DNA of 64,000 nucleotides, taken from positions 3,901,600 to 3,965,599 of the forward strand of contig CAJINV010000003.1 in NCBI GenBank assembly GCA_905178155.1. The letters are read 5' to 3'. Each line of letters opens with the position of its first letter. The stretch's first letter is position 1. Positions 38,697 to 52,673 of the stretch are shown here, piece by piece. The notes beneath the pieces are model-generated. The model saw only the letters and a list, made by a program, of their open reading frames with translations. It did no database searches and was not told where the DNA came from. The translations under genes were made by a program, and so were the position numbers. This DNA is from Amoebophrya sp. A120 (Eukaryota; Protista; Dinoflagellata).

Positions 38697-40622
38697 GCAA
38701 GTGGGTAAATTCTACCTCGAGAGTTTGTTTACTAGCGCTTATTAATTCTTTTATTTGGTCTTATGATAGATTGATACTTACCTTACGTTTGTTTCAAGCT
38801 GTTTGTCGTTCTCTCTATCGTTTGGGTTTGTCGTTGTTTCTTGACACGTTCAAAAAAATATTCCAGTTGATCTGGAAAACAAAAAGATGCGGCAATATGA
38901 TCTCGAAGTACAGTAGAACTGCGCAGTCTCACGAGGCTTCTTCTTAAGTTCGATCTGGCGCCAGCCCTCCTGGAAGGAAAGAAACTTCAACTGCAGAATT
39001 TGCGTGGAGGAACCTGTTCGCGAAAATAAATTAGTCGTGCAATATTATACGTGAAGAGAACTCGTGATCATTCATCGTCACCCACTGCTGTTTGGGACGT
39101 ACGTTCGTGAAGAAAGTGTCGTGGTAAAATTTGTTTTTCTCTGTCGTATGACTTGGGTTTATCTTTATGTTTGATTCACCAAGCAAGGGCCAAAATCGTC
39201 CAAGGCACACAAACGTTCAGCACTTTTTCGTAGAGGACGTGGGCGTTCGTACTCGTACAGGATCCGCGAAACAAGTCTCTCATGGCAAGAAACGTCCACG
39301 GTAGCCGAGGTTGTTTCGTTCTTGGGTGGTACAGACCTGCGAGGGACTCTCGAATGAGCGTTTGCACATCGAGGTCGGTGTTGAGAGCAGGGGAATCCAC
39401 AATTCGATTTGTAGTGTCGATTTTTCAATTATGCAAGCTTCTCTGGCTGAATTCTGAATCACAGGAACAAAGAGGATTTCGTCCCATAACTGTACCAGCG
39501 TAGAAAACAAGGGCACCAAGATTTTTGGCGAACAAGTTTAGCCAGACGAGCCACAGTGAAGTAGTTGTCGTTTCGTGTACTAGTACTGCAGTTGATACAA
39601 CGCATACCGAGGATCTCCATTCGATCTAATTGGTTCGTTTTGTGTGAAAAGTATGCCTTTGATGTAAGAACAGTTCCAGTACCAGTACCCGTACCGAAGC
39701 AGCACGCAGCGCCAGTTCGACATTTCAACGTCACCCGCTCGCCCAGAACAGCTTTCCTCTTTTTCCAGGATATTCTCCAGTGGCATCAAGTCACAAACGC
39801 GGTAAAAATTCTCCCAAACAGTCTTTCATTCCACTTTTTGTTGCGGAACTTTAGTACCGAACTGCAGCAGCCTGACGGCCTTCAGTTGCGAATCGTGGTT
39901 TGATCTCTGCGCGTAGCAACTCCTCACGAACAACAAGAAGGAAGGGACTTTTCTCGACGAACGCTCAAATCGATAAAAAGGAGGGCAACGACGTCCAACA
40001 ACTAAAGGCCACCAACAGCCAACAGAGGGAGACAGCGACAGCGGCAATTTCGCCGCCTGTAGCTTTCATCTGCGACAACGAAAATAATCGGCACATTAAG
40101 AAGTGAGTGTGTGCCACTGCAGGCTGCCTGACTCTATTGCGGTACGCAACTAAGAAGCCACCGTCGAGGGAAGCTTCTCACGAGGAGCAGGAGCACAATC
40201 AAACTGCGACAGCTCCAGTAGCAGTGCACAGAAAGTGAAAGCGCCGATCAGGCGGTCAATTGGAAGACGCCTTCATCGTTCTCTCTCGACGCGGCCGCGG
40301 TAAGAAAGTAGAAGACCCGACTCGCTCGAACAGGCTGTTCGCCTTGCGGGACGACAATACAAGGAGCGCAAGCGAACCACAACAAGTAGTTCAAGATGAG
40401 GAAAGGGACGAACAAGAGAACAAATGTTTCCTACGGGAACCCAATAATAGCGGACATCGAGCATCAGAAAATGATGCTGAGGTACTATCCACCGTTTTTT
40501 GAAGATTTCTTTCTGTGCTGCATGCTAAGAGATGACTCCGCGGCCTTTGATGACCAAGGTGAATGATGAGGATGATTCAGGTTGTGTCTATATGTAGTGT
40601 AGAACCTCCGAGATGAACTAAG

Positions 40623-41919
40623 ATTTTTTATGGAGTGAAAACGACGCACGACAGGCACCGCGAGCAGCTGAAGAAGATGCAGTGCAGCATCGACAATAAT
40701 CCACCAGCACCACAACCACATCTTCAACTTTTCGGACGGGATTACTTCGCAAAGAAGCGCGCGACCACAGAAGCAGCGTTTCAGGATTTGAAAATGATCC
40801 AGTCAATAGCAAGAACCATGACCCGGCCAGTAGAAGCACCAAGGGGACTCCGTAATTCTATATGTTTATAAACTGTTTTTTTGCTTGTTTTCCCGGTCGG
40901 ATGCGAAAGACTGACCAACGTGCTGTCATGGACAAGTTACTTATGATTGATGAAGTTCAAGTTCTGTTTGTGCGAGATTTGATCTAGTAAACGTCGCACG
41001 ATAACAAATACAGCGTCCGGGCCCATCAAGAGCTTGAATCACTCTCACCGAAAGAAGGAGCTGTTTCGTATCACCATGGAGAATCATCTTCTCCTAGAGC
41101 GACTGGAGAAGACGCAGCCGGTACTTACTTACGTTTATTTGATTGTTTTCGCGCGAGTAGTAAGGATCGATCAACATGATGATGATGATGATGAAAGTGA
41201 ATCATGTGCATCTGCTTGTAGCACGCATTTTTTTAATGCTTCCGTGGCTGTATTTCTATTTTATGAGAGTGTGCACCACATAAGGCTAGCGCTTGAATGA
41301 CATCGACCGTGAAAAACAAAAATCCAAAACAGATGATGAACAACCAGAAGCTGGAAGAGGAAGCGGTTGCGCGAAGACTACACATGATAAACTGTAGTTA
41401 CAGTGCGCGGCGAAACGGGCTGTACGACGACCTATTGGGGAAACGTACACACAAACTGAAGTTGTCCAAGACCGGAGCAGAATGTATTTTTGCCACATTT
41501 GATACTTTGCAGGCCGCCGTTGACTCGAATGAATTGGAATTTGAAAAATAAATACGCTAAGAAGTTAGAGATGCTAGCTTTCGTCGATCTCTAGCTGAGT
41601 CACCATCTACCTTCAAAAATGCTAGTAGGTCCTCCTGAGATCATGTTGAATTTTACTAGAAACACAAAAAATTATATTACCACCAGCCGCTCCGACGTTG
41701 CCCGCTATCGAGAATCAGACGCATGCGACGGAGCTTCCGCCGAATGTCGTGCCAGACCCACCAGCTGAAGTCGCACCAGCAGCGCCTGTGGCTGCGCGGC
41801 GCGTCGCTACCGGAGGAGACGACGAGGTGGTGGCTACGGACGAGGAAGTCAAGGAGGAGTACGAAAATGAGGAGTTCGAGAAGGAATACGAGGAGGAATT
41901 CGAGCAGTCCGATGCTTAA
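40623..41919 (+). CDS. CFAP97/Hemingway-domain flagellar-associated protein (first exon not located)
   Basis: HREQLKKMQCSIDNNPPAPQPHL and KSLNHSHRKKELFRITMENHLLLERLEK match my recollection of the CFAP97D pattern. GT-AG introns and an acidic last exon ending at 41919. Confidence 0.6.
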
Positions 41920-43438
41920 TTGCGCACAAGAAGGTGGTCGCAATTCGAATTTTCATCGTACTTGCTTCGCGCTCCTTCAGACTGTTAAAATAACTCTGAG
42001 CTATCTTCTACCGCGCTAGTATCTATTCATCGTCGCTTTGATGCTTAATGGTTCCAGATGAGTGTTGCATTTTTGCACCAGCAGATTTATTGTCACAGAT
42101 ATATCAACAGCAAGAACAGAGGTAATCGCGCATTACTATCGCTGTTGCTACGCTAGAAAAACAAGGTTCAAACAGATTGTCAGTTCTCGTTCTACCCTGT
42201 TGTCGCGACAAGGCCGCCGCGCACTGTCGTATGCGTGCAGCCTCGTCCTTTTCCCCCGAGGTGGGAAGGGCACTAACCCCCCCAACACGGCATTTTGTCC
42301 CCTGTACTTTTTCGTCCCCCATGAACGAAGACAAAGCATCACCCTACGAGAGGACTCAAATTTCGCAGGTATCTGAATAAGTAAATTTTTCGCGCTCTGT
42401 GTGCTCACGAAGCAGTATTCTTTCACTCTTTTTAGCCGGAGAGGGAGACAGATGTCAGAAGACCGAGAGAAAAGGAGGTTTTGATTAGATGGACGAACGA
42501 GACTTCTAAAACGAATCTAGAGTCTGACACGTGTATACTTACAGCGCAGAAGTGAAGCCGCGTCTTGGACATGTATAAGTCCCGCGAGAGTTGAGAATCA
42601 ATAAGAGAGTGTGAGAAAATGGGAGTCGGTACCTACATGTATGTAAAGTTTCTCGGTGAAAGCAATGTCAAACGTAGCGTATGTCGAGTACACCTACACG
42701 AGCATTGTGCCTCTACCTTGCCAGGAAATGTCGGTACGTACATTTTTTCTGACGCCGGAAAATTGAGTCGTGAAACTACGTGCAACGGTAATATCGTGCA
42801 AGAGAGATTTTTTTGATTTCGTGCGATCGTGCAATTCGAATTCCCTCCTCGTACAAGAAGTGAAGTCGAAATAGTTTTCGTCTCCATTGTTGCATTCCCT
42901 CACATTTTCGCATGACCCCTGGTGCCCCTCCCTTGCCACTCCACCAATGCAATTTGAATCAAAAAAACTTTAGTCAAGCGTTTTTTTTGGGGATTAATAG
43001 ACTCCGGTTCGGGCAGCTGTACTAGTGTACAGCTTACTACTAGACGACCGCATAGTCTACAATTCTACATAAAAAAATTGCAAACGCTTATTTTCTCTCA
43101 CTAAGTTTTAATTTGCTTCACAATATATTAAACCTCATTACAACCCATACCTAATTCTTACTTGTTTTTTGCCGGGAGAACACAATATAACAGTAAGATT
43201 ACCAATCTTTACCCAACCAACCTCATCCAAAAACAACTGTTGGAAGTGGAGCCTTTGATATTTTCGGTGGAAAATCGATTCAAAACTCCTGCTTCGCCGA
43301 CGGAAAAATTTACCACCTGTCGTGATCGGGCGAATTCGACGGTGTGTACCATACTCTAACGATTACTTCTACTTTCAGAATAACCCGCACAAGAACTTCT
43401 ACCTAGTTTAGAAGAAATCGACCCCAGCGGAAATCGAA

Positions 43439-45328
43439 ATGCTTCACGCAGCGAGAAGGGGATTGGCAGCAGGCAGGACGACTTGCTCGTCCACCAAATT
43501 TTTTGGGGGGCGCAGCTTCCCTGCCGCTGGCGCAGCTCCGTTGAGCGGTGGAGCAAAACGGTTCTACACGAGTCACCCCAAGGAGGAGGACCCAACCCCC
43601 CTGGATGTTAAGTATTGGACGGGCAAGTCCGCAGTGCCGCTCGACAAGTTCAAAATCGACGCCAGCAAGTACGACTTGCAGAAGATTCTCTCCGCGCGGG
43701 ATGCCGAGGGAAAAGTTATCGCGGATCAGGCCCTGCGGGACACGCAGGTACAACTATGCTACACTTACGATGAAACATTTTCACTTTTTTGTTTGATAAG
43801 GTACACTTTTTCTGAATACAGCAATGCACAACGAGCACGAGGGTTGTTCTTGTGCTTGCGCGTCACAAAATCGTTCCAAGGTGGGGCACGAGATGAAAGA
43901 AATAAGTACTTCTTAGCTAGAAATAAAATCAAGAATCAAAGTGCTTTCGTCACTATACGGTTTCTACAACAAGGCCCACGATCATATCTCTATTGCACAC
44001 CACAAAATAAAACTGCAGCTCCTGCAGCAGCACATGGCTGAGATTTTCCAAAACGTCGGCGCGGTGCAGCTGGTGAAGACGGGACTGCACGAGTTCGAGA
44101 AGATGCAGGCCATTGTGAGCCTGTTGTTCCCGGAAAAGACCGACTACGAAGGCGGCGCGAACCTGCGCGTCGAGATCGAGCCGAATGTCTACGACACCGG
44201 GGCGCCGAAGGAGGCCGACTTGCAGTACCACCACGAGATGGCCTACATCGACGCATCCGTCAAGTGGCTCGCTTTCGGTGCGCTGCACGCCACCAACAAC
44301 CCTCTGAAGGTACTTGATTATACTACACATAGCAGCTGTTCATCAAATCATCAATTGGATCGTGTTTTGTTGAAAAACGAGGAGGTCTCAGTTTTTATCA
44401 ACTGCTGCATGAGCATGAAATGGATCATGGAAGGTGTAGAAATGTTTTTGTCTGCAACGACAATCAATAGGCATGTTGATACGATGATCACACAGGGTGC
44501 CACCTACATTTCCGAGAACATCGGCGCGACGGAGCGCATTTTGGAGACCTCGTTCGGGCAGAAGCTGAAGGACAAGGGCTGCTGCTACGTTCGCAAGCTG
44601 CCGGACCAGAAGTTCTTCACGGACAACAACCTGGACAGCTCGATCGTGTACAACTTCTGGCAGACCTCCACAGGTGTGGAGGACATGGACCAGGCGGCGG
44701 AAATCATGCGCGGCAAGGGCCTGGAGGTCGAGTGGGAAAATTCCCCGCTCTTCGGCCGCTACATGGTACTTAGAAACAATTTCGCAACATGTTTCATCGA
44801 GTTTTGATTGTCTTTCGTCCAGAAAAAGAGTGTACTAGGTCTAGTACCAGCTTCTAATTATGTGCTGGGACTTAACATCTTGTTAAGATGAGGTACTAGA
44901 AATAAATCATTTACTAGAATCCGATTTTCATTTTTGTCCGCGTCCAGGTGACCAAGTACTACGTGGACACGTTTGAGTACGATCCGTTCAACGACAAGAA
45001 CACGCTGTATGCGTCGGTTGCCGACGACTACGCGTGGTTCGATTCCTGGCCCGGGGTGAAGGAGTTGCCCCACTGGGAACGGCCGCTGAAGTTGACCTTC
45101 GGGGACGGCGAGGTGATGACCCGCGACGAGAAGCAGCTGTGGGTGGACTGCTACGACCAGAATGGGATCCCGCTCCTGTGGGAAAAGGGCGACATTGGCA
45201 TCATCTGCAACTACCGCACGGCGCACGGCCGCCCCCAGTACGCCTTGTCCAAGGGCGAGAAGCGGGAGCTCGGCGTCATGCTCGGGGAAACCTTCAAGCG
45301 TCAGGGGGAACTCGACGGAAAATGGTAA
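43439..45328 (+). CDS. TauD/TfdA-like Fe(II)/2-oxoglutarate dioxygenase with a probable mitochondrial presequence
   Basis: LQYHHEMAY (HxE) and WEKGDIGIICNYRTAHGRPQY. Arg-rich, acid-free N-terminus. GT-AG introns at about 43748-43973, 44310-44495 and 44765-44947. Confidence 0.8.
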
Positions 45329-47582
45329 CAACTTTCAGAACACAAACAAAAAAAAATCCAAAAAAAAATATCAGTATTGATCTGTTTATGCAGTTACAAC
45401 CATTTTACTTTTTACCTTTTATCAACAGTGGTTTCATAATATTTTAGGTTTACTATGCTATCAGAAATACGACTTTTTATCATTACTCTAGCTCAGCAGG
45501 AATACGAATAGGAATAGCGCTATTAAGGAGCGGAATATAATCTCGACTAAAAACAAATCTCGTGGAAGAACGAGTATTGAAGAACATCGTTAGACAATAG
45601 TTTCGTATTGAACTAGGAAGATTATGGTCATGAATACAAACACGAAGAGATATCGCAGAAAAGGGGCAGACTCGGGATCTTCTCGTCTCCGCTTCAGCTC
45701 CACCCTATGGACTCGCTCCCTTAGGAAAAAGTTTTTCGGGTACTGAAAATTGCACTGACTAGGGTCCGATGTCGCCCTTATTTTGCGGATCTTTGGATGA
45801 AAAAGAGCACTAGTTTTGGACCGGATATTGCATGGTATCGAAGATGCAACGATCTTATAGAGAACTTTGTCAACGACTATGATAAAAAACACAAAAAACC
45901 AAAAACACTAAATAATGGGACCGAACTTAATCACGTTTTTCGCCATATCGCAAGACGACTGTGTGCAGCACTTGATTCGAGTTTTAGATTTTGCAAAAAA
46001 TTTAGAAATCATTCATGTGCGAAATTTTATGTGTCAAAAGTTCTTCGGGTCTCATGCGGGCGGCCCTTCGCGAGATCGCCACAAGACCCCGGCGGGAAGT
46101 ATTGTCTCGGCACCGAAAGGAATATGAGAACAACATTTCTCGTCCCCAACGTATCCCTATAATTTTGTCGGAAATATTCTTTCTACCTATAGTTTCTACC
46201 TAGACGTCAGGGAATTAATCGTAATTCGAGTTTTTCCTTCATGTAAAATCTCTGCCGATTACAGTCACTACAGTCACTATCCGTGGCATTCTGCGTCACC
46301 TAACTATTGTATGGGAAGGAAGCACGCAAGTGACCACACACCTCATTTTTAGACCTTTGTTTCTTGCCTCATTAGTAAGTATGAAATTCCTCTACCTAGA
46401 TTCAGACCAAAAACGCAGCTATGTTGAGGTCTTTTGACAACACCTAAGTGCGACAAAGTAAACCTATGCTCTTTTCTGCTACACGACCACCCTGGAAAAT
46501 AAACGAAGCGAAGCCGTTTTTGTACGATTTTCCGAATGAATGTAAGATAATACGAAGGTAGCGTACTATCAAGTATGAAGTAAGACCAGAGGTAGAGATA
46601 GATGCATCCAGGATATTAGTAGACCTCTTTACCAAGCCAGTTGCCGCTGCACAGCAGAGGACTTTTTAGGAGAAGCGGTGCCATCGCTTCTGCAGAAATA
46701 ATAGTTGCGTGTCTGATTGAGAACTCATTCGATCAAATTTTTCAACTTCGGAGGCTGTCACTCGGGCAGGGGCGTTCTATGTAGCTAGGGCTATGTATGA
46801 AATGTAATCAAAACAATTACGTTCTTGTGACAAGCCTTCAAAGACTCTACCAGAACTCTCTCCGGGAAAAAGAACTCTAATATGTCGACTTTCAGGTGAG
46901 GAAAAAAAATCGTTTCTGCTTGCTGTAGCTGGGTCGAGAAGAGCAGTGTCAGTTGAAGACACTTCTTTGCGTGGGTCGTGTTCGTGAAGTAAGCTTGATT
47001 TTTGATCAGCTGCAAGTAGCTGTTTCTCACTACTCCTACTCTGTTGCAAATTTGGGCGCGAGCTCGTTGCCCTGAGCTCTCTGCAAGTTGGTCGGCCTGG
47101 AAACAAGTTGAGAAAAAAAACAAAAGTCTGTTGCAAGAAAAAAACTGAAAAAATCTGTGCTCCGGCGAATGAACTGCACCGCAAGTGGTTCTCCTTTTTT
47201 CTCATCAAGTACGCTCTGATAGATTGATCCTACTTGACGCAGTAAAGCGTTTGCACTTCTTTTACAGGTATGATCAAAGTTGCACAACAAAAACATGAAA
47301 GGCGCTTGCTTTGTGCGATGATCTCTTTTTTTTTGTTTGCGACAGTCCTCCTCTGTCCTTGCCACTGCCTACCTCCCAAAAGTAAAGATACTTGTTTTCC
47401 CCGGACGATCACCTCCCTAGCATTTTTAGCAACATAGATTGCAAAATTACGTATGCAGAAGTATCCACAGCAAAGTAACATATTTGATCTTCGTAAAAAC
47501 TTGTTGAAATGTGGGCAAAAACTTTTGAATTCACGAGTCTTTTTTCGTCAGTGTGTGTACTACCACACACGCGAGACGCAAA

Positions 47583-50500
47583 ATGGTCGAGTGTCCAGCA
47601 GCTCCAGCGAATTCCTCAACGCATCCCAGCATCGATGAACCTCCCACATCCAAATGCTGTACAACCGGTCCCAAACGAGAACCGTCTTCCAGAGTTAGCC
47701 ACTTGGAGCAGGTGGTGAGGCGGCGCTCCACGTCTCTTCCCGCACCGGTGAGACCTTGCATCGATTCTTTGAAGCGTTTCCTCTTGCGCCTCTTCTGCTG
47801 TCACGAAGTCGAAGACAGCACAACACGGGGGAACAAGGATAAAAAAAGCAAAAAGTGCTATCGGAGTTCCTGTTGGCCATTGATTGTCATGGGATCGCCC
47901 GAGTCCGAGCACGGCGCCGAACGGGACCAGTTCGGCACGGATGGCGCGAGCAGGCTGCGCAACAAGTTTCGCATTCTCTTGGAGAATCACAGCGGCATCC
48001 CGTTCATGCATGACGGCGATTATTTCCCGAGCGGGGCCACCGTCGCAGATGTGGGGAGGAATATCGGACAAAAGAACGTCGAAAAGACCCAGGTAATCCT
48101 CAGCTCGAACTACTGCCCGAGATCCGGGGTGGTTTGGTTGGTCGATCAGGAAGCTTTTGAAACCTACTGCGTCGTCACCTTCTATGGCAGCAAGAAAGTG
48201 CGCGTTTGGCTCGGAGAGTACGCGAAAAACAGTGATGGGACTTTGATCAACACTTCATCTACTGCCGATGGTGGTGCCTCTGTTCCGCCGGACAGCAGCG
48301 CATCAACCAATCCGGGGGCGGCCCCGCGATCCGACCAGGAGCAGCTTCCCTGGGAACTCAAGGACGAACTTGGCACCGGGGCGAAATCGGTCCCAGTGCT
48401 CGAGGCGGGCGGGCCGGCGGACGTCGCCAGTGGCGCCGTCAAGTTGTGGACCGTGAATCGCCAAGCGTGGTACGCGCTGAGCGAGGACGGTCGCACCCTG
48501 TACATCACGATTTTGCCGTCACTGCGACCCTACAAGATTGCCCAGCAAATAGACTACGATTTGCAGGAGGAAAACGGAGCAGGTGCATCTACTTCAAATA
48601 AAGTTCCTGCGCCGGATCATGCTGGTAGAAGTGCTTCATCGCTGGCCCTGATACCGCACGGGCAATCCAATGCGCGCGACGGGCTCAACTTTGGCCCGGG
48701 GTTTGCGGACAGCGCGCTGAGCAGCGCAATACCAAAGCCACCCGTGAAACCGAAGCAAAAGACGCAAACGGCGAAAATATCACGCAAACCCATGGGTAGT
48801 GCCGACCCCTCTACTGGGGACGAACAACAATTTTCGTACTGGAGACAACAACTCGACGACGTTAGTCATTATGCGCAAGGGGCTCCGACGGAGCTGGCAC
48901 TGCTCGAGATGGACGGAGTGCTGTACTTTGCCGAAAAAAGCGACAGCCAGAAACCACTCTGCTCCGAACAGGGAGATCTTGTCCCCTTGCACGCACTAGC
49001 GGCAGCGCCCGGGCAGGAGCTAATCGTCGTGTTGATGGTAGACATCACCGAAGTAGACCAGGAAGCGGAAGAGACCGCGAAAGAGATCTGGGCCAAGACC
49101 CGGCCAAAAGACGCCTGGACCGGACTAAAGCAGGGCGTGGGAAGCATTGTCGGTGGTGCAGCCACCGGCGTGGTAGCGCTCGGAGCGGCAACGGTCGGGG
49201 GCGTGCGTGGCGCCAAACCCGGCCTCGGAAACAAAGCGCTGGGCCTAGTGAAAGGACTCGGTGTCGGCCTCGTCGCCGGAGTTGGTACTTTGTTTTGCTG
49301 ATTGCTCAATGCAACTTTCATTTCCGTACATGTTAAGTTTTGATAAGGGTCGAACATTGTTTACCAGATTCGTCAACCTCTAGCTCTATGCACTTCGTAT
49401 ATAAAACAGCGATGCCCGTGGCGGGCGTTGTTGGTGGCGCCACGCAGATCGTGCGCGGCGTTAAGGCGGAGGCTACCGGGTTCACGGCGAAGCGACAGAA
49501 CAAGATCTGGGACCCGGAAACCGGGACGTGGGTCAACGTGAATCTCCAGCTGATGGACCAAAACGTGCAGACCGAAAACCGCCTCTTGAAGGACCAGAAA
49601 GACGGAACGAGTCCAGGGAACAAATCAAATAACCGGAAGAGCGGGACTGCGGGCAGCGGCGGCAGTGGAAATGCACCGGTTGAGGTAGTGGACACGGAAT
49701 ATTACGACTTGCTCGGCATCGATCCGTATAAAAAGGTGGACTCCGCGGAAATCAAGAAAGCCTACTACAAGATGGCCCGAACCTGCCACCCGGACAAGAA
49801 CCCCGACGACGAGAACGCAAAAGCGAAGTTCCAGCAGTTGAGCGACGCCTACTCGGTGTTGTCGGACGACCACCTCCGCGAGAAGTACAACAAGCAGGGA
49901 AAAGACGCGGTGCTGGAGTCAGAAAACATCCCGAAAATCGAGCCCACTGTGTTTTTCGCGCTCTTGTTTGGCTCCGAGAAGTTTGACGGCTACGTGGGCG
50001 ACATGAGCATCGCGACCCTGGCAGACTCCATGTTAAAAGGGTTCGAGCAGAAGGAGGGAAAAGACTCGAAGAGAACGCAGCAGAGAAAGAAAAACCTGAA
50101 AATGCTGGTGGACACCGTGCACGTGCCACCGACAACTGGTAGTAAAACAACCGCTGGGCAACGTGTGGAATTTTCAGAGGATCTTCCCACGACTGGTGGT
50201 GAGCAACAGCCTCCTGCCCCCACCGGAACAACGACCTCGGCGTCGCAAGAGGAAATAAATGGTGGACTGAAGAGCTGCAAAACGCGGGAGCAGACTCCCA
50301 ATCCGAGAAAGAGTAGATCCGGGATGTTTTCCGGTTTTGGTGGAAACACAACAACTGCTTCCACTAGTAATGGCGGAGCTACAAGCTCGGCGTCCGCTAC
50401 GAGCAGCGCGACGACATCTTCGACCTACGCTGGTACTTCTGCGACCGGTTCCTCCGCTTCCGCGGAAAAAATGGACGAGGACTTGGACGAAGATGGTGAG

Positions 50501-51741
50501 AAACTGGAGGACCCCTTCAGCAGCATGGGCGATGTGAAGTTCAAGCGGCAGCAGTGGCGGCGCCAGGTGCAGTGCGCCGTGTTTTTGCGGGAGCGAGTGG
50601 CGAAATACGTCGAACAGAGGGACGAGCCGGGGTTCCGCGCCTCGGTGGAGCAAGAGGCGAGAAATGAGCTGAGCAAGGCGTCCTTCGGCCGGGAGCTGCT
50701 TGGCGTACTCGGGGACCTCTACGTGCTCCGCGCCACCGTTTTCCTCGCGGACGAGGTCAAAGGCCGGTTCACGCTCGACGCCCTGTCCGCCAGCCACAGG
50801 TCCTGGCAGAAAAAGTGGTCGAACCGCGCGACCCTCATTGGCTCGGGATACACCGCGCTTAAACAGGTACTATACTACACATACAATTTATTTCCACCAG
50901 TGACTTGTACTACCATAAGTCGAGCGGAATTTGCTCTTGATAGAAGATCACAGCCTTTGCTCGCCGATACAGAACTCCACCTGTCGGTTTGTTTGTTCAA
51001 TTTACAACGTCTAGTTGTACCTGCTCCACACATACGATAATTAATTTATAATTCTCGTCACTTTGAGTGATGAAGCATAAATGGTTTTTTCAGGCACGCA
51101 AGGTGGAGAAGACCATGAAGAAGGTGGAGAAGGCGGAGAAGGATGAAACCAAGACGGACCAGGAGAAACACGAGATGAAGGCCATGGCGCACACGAAGAT
51201 TGAGGACGAGACGCTGCCGGCCTTTCTGCAGTTGGCGTGGGCGATCTGTGTGCGTGACTTGGAGGAAACGGTGAAAAACGTGGTGAAATTTTTGCTGAAG
51301 GACGTCAGCGTCCCCTGGGTCCTGCGCATCCGCCGCGCGCAGGCGCTCCTGATTCTCGGAGACATCTTTCTGCAGGTCGCCAACGAAGAGGACCAGCCCG
51401 AAGTGGACCATCACAAGTATCCTGTGCCGGAAGGAGAGCAGTATGTTGGCCCCGACTTTTACGCCAATACTACCGATGGTGCGCAACAGAGTCAGTACTA
51501 CGCGAGCGCCACCAGTGGTATGAGCTTTGGTGCTGGTGCGGGAGAGCAGCAAGAGTCCACCGCGACCGCTGGAACATCAAGTGGCAATCATGCTCCTGCC
51601 CCGGGCTCTCCGCCCGGCGGTGCATCCAGTAAGAAAGGCAAAAAAGCGGGGAGCAGGTCGCCCGGGGGCCGGGATAACAAAACCTCCGCCCGGGAACTGA
51701 TCGAGACTGCGATGATCGGAACAATCACCAAGGAACGGTAA
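47583..51741 (+). CDS. DnaJ protein with J-domain and C-terminal DnaJ-X domain
   Basis: VDTEYYDLLGI..EIKKAYYKMARTCHPDKNP..FQQLSDAYSVLSD, FFALLFGSEKFDGYVG, SFGRELLGVLG, RRAQALLILGDIF. Introns at about 49285-49409 and 50867-51093. Confidence 0.88.
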
Positions 51742-51941
51742 AGTTCTGGACAACCGCAAACACATCGTCACTGGCTGCGCCCACGGAAACAGAAGCAGAC
51801 CACTACGTACTCATCTGTGTCTTTTTCAGGGAGTAACAAATTAAATTTTCCCCTTGCCCCGTTCGGGCAAGGAGCGCGACCGCATCTTCGTTCCAGGGGA
51901 TCGACAAACTTTCCCAACGTCGCGACCTGCTAAAGGCGCGT

Positions 51942-52035
51942 TGCTTGAAGGCTTACTGTAGCGCATAGCACTACGACATGAAAATCCACCTGCTCGAAGG
52001 CTTACTGTAGAGCATAGCACTACGACATGAACATC
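51942..52035. repeat. Two-copy tandem repeat, period 49 bp, intergenic
   Basis: TGCT(T/C)GAAGGCTTACTGTAG(C/A)GCATAGCACTACGACATGAA(A/C)ATC at 51942 and 51991. Confidence 0.85.
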
Positions 52036-52673
52036 TTGCCATCATCGACACCACATCGAAACCTCAACGTGGTGATTCTTGATTTGGAACACAGTATTCG
52101 TCGTCAATAAAGTTAAAGTATCCATCGGTCGTCGCACTGGTTAATAACTGAAGCATCCATTCGTTTCGGTCACACTATCGATCTTCATTCTGTAGATATA
52201 GTCGGTCCACTGCTGTGCTGCATTTCCAGCAGATTGAGAAAATGAAAGTCGGTTTTTCCCTTTCCTCCCGAAACTGATTTTTCGGTGTGCTCGTCGCCCA
52301 TGCTCGGTTTTCGTTTTGCTTGGTTGTCATCTTACATCATGTTAGGACTATTTATAAGTACATGAATGAAACTGAAATAATCATAAGTACCCGAAGTAGG
52401 TCCCTCGCACGGATTCGTGCAAAGCGATTCCGCGTTTGAAATCGAAACACTTTCTCTGGAATATTAATTTCAAATGCGAAACACAGGTTTTGGTTTGTAT
52501 CAGACCTGAATCGTTCTTGAATCCCCACCTGTGAAAACAATATCAACTGAGCACACCGAGAAGAAATGATAAGCACAGCATACTTTTAGTTCACACTAGC
52601 ACTTGCCCTTTTATAATCAACCCCAGATACCGCTCCGCTTGCCGTTGCACCTGAGGCACAAAACCACGGCAAG

